A stretch of DNA of 64,000 bases from Microbotryum violaceum (Eukaryota). Positions 57,305-64,000 of this stretch are shown in pieces. The notes under the pieces were generated by a model, which saw nothing but the letters and a program-made list of their open reading frames with translations, made no database searches and was not told where the DNA came from. Within the stretch, counting starts at the first letter, position 1. The number at the start of each line of letters is the position of its first letter. Made by a program: the position numbers and the translations under genes. The stretch is from positions 682,001 to 746,000 of the forward strand of contig CDLV01000016.1 in NCBI GenBank assembly GCA_001244265.2, read 5' to 3'.

Positions 57305-58271
57305 CACATTGGGAGCCATGGCGGGCGGACTGGTGCACGGTCACATTGACTTCTACTGGAACTATTGGAATCTAATCCCTAACAGCCACTGCACTAATAA
57401 AAAGATCACAAAAAATGACTAGTGACCTGTACAAGCGCCGCGAGCATTGCGACGCGCGTCTCGAAGCGAAGGCAAACGGGCCCAAAGTAAGCTCAACTAA
57501 GCCCTCCCTCTGGGAGGGGCTTAAGAGTTATCGGCGCGCTTTGCCCAGTTGCCCTCCGAAATTTCAGGGCCATTTTGGGGTGGTTCTCTGTAATTTGGCA
57601 AGTAGGCGCATTCATGCAAAAGTGAGGAACGCTGTTTTTCTTTGTGCTCTAAAAATGACATACCCCAACTGGCGAGATCTTTCATAAGCTGTGGGTGGAG
57701 CTACAACGATCCAAAGTCTGCAATTTCGGTCGATCGGGTCTCAGATGGTCCGAGCGCATCGTGTAATTGTCGCTCTCATCATCGGCGAGCCTGCTCCGTT
57801 TGGCTTGATCCCCTTGCGTACGCTTTGCTGTTCTCCTCTTTTCACAAGGATCGTTGGCCACGTCAAGCGCAACAATATCTGAAACCAAAAGTGACACAAA
57901 CAAGCAGACGCCATACCTCATCAACTTGCCAGAACAACCGCCGCGAGGCGGATCCGTATTTGCTGAATTTTGTAGCCGCAATCTTTCGCTATGTCAATAC
58001 CTGTTGTGGTACTTCAGCCCTTCCACACGCTTTGAAGGCGTTCAAACACACCGACCAAAGCTGTTCAACAGCAACTGGTCCAGCTTTAAGCGTGTACTTG
58101 TTCTCATTCTACGGTTTGCACGTGAAGATGGCGCAGAGTCAAGAACTTGAAGCCGACTAAATCTATGACTGGATCGCCAAGCAGGTGGACAACACTTCGT
58201 ACTTCTCGGATTGATTCTCCGGATTCAATAAAGCTACTGAATACTTGCCTCATTCGCCTGCAGGCCAACTC

Positions 58272-61200
58272 TTTTGAAACTGAACAGCGATGTGCTGAAC
58301 GAGTTGGCGGCAGGGACGAGCCAATGAGTTCGTAATCAAGTGAAGAAGAGGAGACAAAGACGCAAATTGCGCGCGCGACTAATATAAAGTGGAGACGCGC
58401 GTAGTGCGGATTTAAGGCAAGAGTAATTTACTTCAACACCCCCCCTTGCTCTTGGCCTGAAATTTGCCGAAGGCCAATAGCGCGCAATGACGCTGGAAAA
58501 TTGCTTGAGGCAGCGCCTTGGTGAAGATATTGGCCACCATGTCATGGGTAGGGATGTAGGTGACCAAGATCTCTCCATTTCGAACGTGCTCCCGAACAAA
58601 GTGCTCCAACATGCGAAGGTGTTTGGTGCAAGCATGGAAGACCGGGTTCTGGGTGAGCGCAATAGCGCCTTGATTGTCTCCAAGCAGACGAAGGGGCAAC
58701 GATGTGTCAAGGCCGAGCTTGGTGAGGAGCGAGCAAAGGAAGACTGCCTCCTTGGCAGCGTGCGAAAGACCCAGATACTTGGCTTCCGTAGATGAACACA
58801 CCACTCGGGATTGGAGACGGGATGACCACAATATTGTGCCACCAGCCAGTTTGAACAAGTAGCCCATTGTTGACCTCAACGTGTTCACGTCGGATCCCCA
58901 GTCCGAGTCAGAATACCCCTCGTATCCCAGCAAGGGTTTGTTGTTAGCCATGTAATGGATGCCCAGATCGAGCGAGCCTTTGATGTACCAAAGGACGTGT
59001 TTGACGGCCTCGAGATGCGCTGCCCCCGCTTTGCCAACAAACCAGGAGAGATACCCCACAGCGTGTGCAAGATTGGGTTGGGTGGCAACAACGGCGTACA
59101 TGAGGGAGCCGATCATAGAACGATATGTCGAGTTGTCGGCTTCATCGGGGTCGATCTTGGGCAACAACTGGAGGTTGGCCTCCATTGGCGATTTGCAGGG
59201 ATTGCAACTGGACATGCCGAAACAAGCCAACACGTCAACAAGGTATTGGCGCTGCAGGAGGGTGATCCCGCCATCATCATGCCGTACAACCTGAACCCCT
59301 AGAATCCAGTTAGCCGGGCCGAGACATTTTACGCCATAAAGGGTGTTGAGTTGATCCAGGACTCAATCAATCTCCCCAAGGTCGGGACCAAAGAAGAGGA
59401 GGTCGTCTACGTAGAGCGCAATGTAGTGATCACCCAAAACGTTGGCGCGCCTATAAATGCATTCATCGCAGGCAAGACGGTGGTAGCCAAGATTCGCTAG
59501 AGTGGTGTTGATTTTATTGTTCCAGACTCGACCGGCTTGCTTGAGCCCGTAGATGGAACGGTGAAGACGGAGGCACTTGCCGTCATAGCCTTAGATGCCA
59601 GTGGGGACGCGCATGTAGATCTCTTCCTCCAGGACGCCGTGGAGGTAGGCCTTGTCCACGTCGGCTTGTATGATGTGGTGGCCCCTGGAGGCTGCGTGCG
59701 CAACGAGAACGCAAATGGAGGTGAACTTTGCCGTTGGTGCAAACGTCTCGTCAAAATCACCTGCCTGCTGTGCGCATCCCCGAGCTATGATGCGGCTCTT
59801 TAACGACACCATTTTGCCCGCCTTATCGCGTTTGGTCCGAAACACGTGGCGACTCGGCAAGATAGTGGCTGCCCTGGGAACAGAGGCAAGGTCAACCACG
59901 CTGAACACCTTGAAGTCATCCTTCATCAAGCGGAACTCCTCAATGGCACCAGCTTTCCAACCTTCCGCATGAGGGTGGCGCATGGCTTCCTTCCAAGTAC
60001 TGGGATCGCTGGTGGGAAACGTGAAAGGATCTTCGGGCTCGGAGAGAGGATGGTCCGCCTTTGAGACATTGATGCCGGCCTCCGCAAGATTGGCAACCAG
60101 CGCAACAACCTCGTTGCCGAGTGAGAATGCAAAGGCAGAAGGCGTCGAGCGCAAGGATGCAAGGGCTCCATACTGAGCCGGCGGATTGCACACACGTGGG
60201 CCTGCGGGTGGCTGCCAGGCCGGGCCAGGGGCGTCGAAACGCAAGGCAGCCGGTGGGTCAACGTGCTCGGGGGGAATAATGACGACCCCGCTGTTGTCGT
60301 CCCCTGCGGCCGGAAGCGGGGGCGCTCGGATACCCGTTGCTCGAGCAGGGAAGTTGTCCTCAAAGAATGTGACACTGCGGGACTTGAAGACCTGTCTTGT
60401 GTTGGGGTCCAGCAGTCTGTACCCCTTGGACTCGAGGTCATAGCCAACAAAGACAAGTGGGATGCCTCGCGGATTGAGCTTGCTGCGCGGCTCGGTGGTA
60501 GCGGCCTTCCATGCTCGACAGCCAAACACGCGTAGATGGCCAGCTGAAGGTTTGGAACTGTACCAATGTGTGTGAGGCGTGGTGCCCGAGTTTGCAGAGT
60601 GCGGCGAGCGATTTTTGACGTAGATGTACGTTGCCAATGCCTTGGCCCACAAAGCGTGAGGTAGGCCCAATTGGTGGAGCATTGAGCGGACACCCTCGGT
60701 GATCGAACGATTTGCACGCTTGGCGACTCCATTCTGTTGAGGCGTGTCAGGGATAGAGAGCTGACGAGTAATGCCTTGCTCCTCCAGAAATCTGGAGAAC
60801 TTGTTCAACATGAATTCGCCCCCATTATCCGAGCGGACAGCAAGGACTTTGCGTGACGTGGAGCGCTCCACCTTCGCTAGCCAGGATTTGAAGGCCGCAA
60901 AGGTGTCGGACTTGTGTGACATCGGAATTGCCCACAAATACTGAGAATGGTCGTTCACGATGACAAGAGCGTATCTCGCACCCCCTAATGACACGGCACC
61001 GTCAAACGCAAGGAGGTCCATGTGGACTTGTTCGAGCGGCTGAGCAGAGCAATTCGATGCGACAGCAGGGAACGGGTGATGCGTAATTTTGCCAGCTTGG
61101 CAAGTGTCACATTTCAAATCCTCGTTTGGATCTACCTCCATGCTGACTCCCGACACGGCTTCAGTCGAAATCAACTGTCGGAGGGCGCGTGGGTGGAGGT

Positions 61201-62740
61201 GAGCGAAGCGTCCGTGCAAGACCGACATGGGAACGGCCATGAGCGCACGCGGGAACGCACCCGCTTGATGAACAAGAGCAGCGACGTCGACGAGCGAGGC
61301 CTGCATGTGGTAAAGTCCGTTCTTGAGCTCGCCAGTGTGACACACCGTGTCAGCAATGGAGACCGTTGCCTTGGCCCGAGTCAGACGGATGTCGTTACCC
61401 CCGATGTCGGCACGACTGGCGGAGAACAGGTTGACCGGAGCGGTGGGCACGAACAAGGCGCCGTTGAGTTGGCCAATGCTGCCGTCGAAGGAACGAACAA
61501 TTGCGGAGCCGACGCCTTCAATGGAGTTGACAACTTCACCAGTGATGCTTTCGAGCGGAGCTGGCTTGCACTTGCGGAAGGACGTGAAACATGCGCAATT
61601 GTTGACAATGTGGTGCGTTGCCCCGCTTTCCAGGATGATGGAGGGCCTGGCCAAGGTGGACATCGTAGCTGTGAGGTAGCCAAGCACAGGACCGTCAACC
61701 AGCGTCGAGATATCAGGCGCAGTGACGAGCGAGGCGGAAGGCGCTGAAGGAGCCTTCGTCTTCTTCCCCTTGGACCCAGCCTTGTTGTCTGGGCACTTGT
61801 GATTCCAGTGCGGACCTCCGCAGTGGTGGCACGGGGAGAAAGGAGGCGCGGTAGACTTGTCCGCTGTCGCAATCGGGCTTGCCACCATGGCAACGGGTTT
61901 GGGAGCTGGCGTCTGATCCGCCTGCGTGTGGAGCGACTGGAGGACCTCCGTCGGGCTCAGTAGCCTATCCAATCCTTGCCGAAGTGTTTGCGTGTAGTAT
62001 TCACGGTACAGATCCTTGCCAAAGTGGACAAGGCGGAACGACACAATCTGCTCGAAAGTAAGCTCGTGTCCCAAGAGCGTGTTAAATAGCTCAATGGTCG
62101 TCGCTTAGTACTTTGCGAAGGCGTCCATGCCGGTGGGAGGGGGTCCCACGTCGAGCAACGCTTGGAGACGGATGAGAATGTCAGCCACCGTGCCGGTACC
62201 GACCGCCTTCTTGATCATCTGTAAGACTTCCGCAGGAGTGTGGTCGTAACCATCCTTTATGTGTTTTCGGATGTCCGGTGAGACAGAACGCATCAGCAGC
62301 GCGACCGCTTGGAAATTGGCGTGATCGAGATCCGTGCGCGTGTTGGGTGATTGGACGGGCGTCGCGAGGGTGCAGTTCCAATAGTCGCCGCCAAGGGCGC
62401 CTCGCACGTCGTCGATCCATTGCGACCAGCCCCCAGCGTTTCGCAGATGGCATGATGGGTCAACATCGCGTGGTTTGACGAGGACAATAGGGGTTGTTCC
62501 CCCTGTGACCATGAGAGGAGTGCTCATGTCTTGATGACTTGAATTGGCTGGCCGCTCGGTTGGGCTCGTAACCTATTGAAACTGAACAGCGATGTGCTGA
62601 ACGAGTTGGTGGCAGGGACGAGCCAATGAGTTTGTAATCAAGTGAAGAAGAGGAGACAAAGACGCGAATCGCGCGCGCGACTAATATAAAGTGGAGACGC
62701 GCGTAGTGTGGATTTAAGGCAAGAGTAATTTACTTCAACA
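58272..62740 (-). mobile_element. Copia family D, full length, degenerate
   Basis: 167-bp LTRs 58272-58438 and 62574-62740. PBS GGTTACGAGCCC, PPT, TSD AACTC/GACTC. Gag ATG 62527; VRSDNGGEF, YVDD, YSDSDWG. Confidence 0.95.
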
Positions 62741-63270
62741 GACTCAATCATCATTAACGAGATGAAGCATGAGTGTCTCTGACCCTAGCTCGGCTGGGTA
62801 TCGCAGCGAACTGACACCAAAAATCAACACGCTGGCCGCAGCTTTACCGCAGCTTTACCGCAGTGTCATGGGTCAGATCGCATTCGCTTGCAACCGAAGG
62901 AACAACGCCATGCAGCATCGCAACAGTCTCATGACTCTCGCATGTGGAGCGAACGACCAATTGACAACATTTCTGTACGATTGCGGCTTGATGACTGACA
63001 TCTCGCTGGGCGACTCTCCAGGTAGCTGCGAGCTTGACGAAGGCGAAGGAGGGCTCGAACAAGTACTTCCATGTGACCGTTGACAACGTTGACGTCACAC
63101 GTCACGTCAACGATCAGCAATTGGATCGACGAACCGAGCTGCTTCATGGAACTTTTGGTTACGCCCACATTCAGAACGGAGATATTGCCGGCGCTTACAA
63201 CCCTCGAGCGTACTCTGCACATCAAGCATCTTTATCGCGAGTAATCTCCAGCATCTCCTCCCAACTCCCC
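62741..63270 (+). pseudogene. Degenerate coding fragment resembling fungal DUF6589-type (probably TE-derived) proteins
   Basis: IAFACNRRNNAMQ and VDNVD...LLHGTFGYAH motifs, recognised from memory only. Confidence 0.45.
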
Positions 63271-63504
63271 AATCCGACTCGTCATTTACAACCGGGCTCA
63301 AAGTTCAGATATATCGAGCGCTTGCTCGACTGGTTCCTCATCTTGGTCTCAGTCTTCGCGGTCCTCAATGCACACCACCTCCTGTCCTCGTCATAGACGG
63401 GCAACTTGACGCGCTCTCGAAAGGACTCCTTAAAGATCAACTTTGCCCAATCTGCATTGTTGATATGCATTTCAGGAGACTTGACACGCAGCAAACAGGA
63501 AGGC

Positions 63505-63715
63505 AAATTAACACATATTTGACGAAAGGCATAATAATTGAATAAGCATCATGAAAATCGTATACTTCAAATACAAGCATATTATGACTTGCATTATTGT
63601 ATACATTACCACAATTAAAGAATTTTAAGGAGTTCATTAAGTTAGCATCTCGAACATTTTGAGAAATTTGAGGTTTACGATGTAATGACGTTTTTCGTTT
63701 TTGCAATAAACGAAC
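63505..63715 (-). pseudogene. AT-rich LAGLIDADG homing endonuclease fragment, probable NUMT
   Basis: QISQNVRDANLMNSLKFFNCGNVY...FEVYDFHDAYSIIMPFVKY, with an abrupt drop in GC. Confidence 0.7.
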
Positions 63716-63972
63716 CGTCACCTGAGGTGTTTTTGTCTAGAACAAAAAGGACAAAAAGGACAAAAAAGAGCAAAAAAAAAAACAGGAATCGGCTGTAAAA
63801 AGTAAGCAGGGGCGTCGAGCGTAGGTTTCCCCCTTTTGTGTAGTTCAGTCTCGGTCCTCTTTCTCTCTTTTAGAGGAACACAATCATTCGGAACCGATCT
63901 GAAACAACGAACACAGTCAATAATACCATTTCGAATACGACGAATCGATCGGCCCAGTACTCGCGATCCTTC

Positions 63973-64000
63973 TGTAAGGCCACCGGCCTTACACTTCGGG
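63973..64000 (+). repeat. Probable start of a G1-like Gypsy LTR at the window edge
   Basis: TGTAAGGCCACCGGCCTTAC resembles the G1 LTR start TGTAAGGCGCGCGCCTTAC. Confidence 0.45.

Noticed and set aside
63973-63993. 21-bp palindromic mini-element with CTTC flanks
   Set aside because: Better explained as the hairpin start of a G1-like LTR cut by the window edge.

Overview
Eukaryotic, GC-rich, transposon-saturated window, most likely from a basidiomycete (Pucciniomycotina, Microbotryum-like; inferred from short introns, element types and TCG>TTG stop mutations). About 90% is nested mobile DNA: five Copia families (A-E), three chromovirus-like Gypsy elements (G1-G3), two inverted internally deleted Helitrons, a tandem pair of L1/Tx1-like LINEs and solo LTRs. 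Two intron-rich host genes (a LAG1/LAC1-type ceramide synthase and an AP complex sigma subunit) lie in a segment that appears to have been inverted between the two Helitrons. An ~11.8 kb tandem duplication occupies the left end. The main finding: four LTR families (three Copia, one Gypsy) carry a GT..AG intron-like segment in the LTR whose 3' end duplicates the sequence just upstream of its donor. The three Copia families also occur as precisely shortened LTRs. This suggests a way to regenerate an intron at each reverse-transcription cycle. Family names are my own labels, coordinates were counted by hand, and many single-base frameshifts may be long-read errors.
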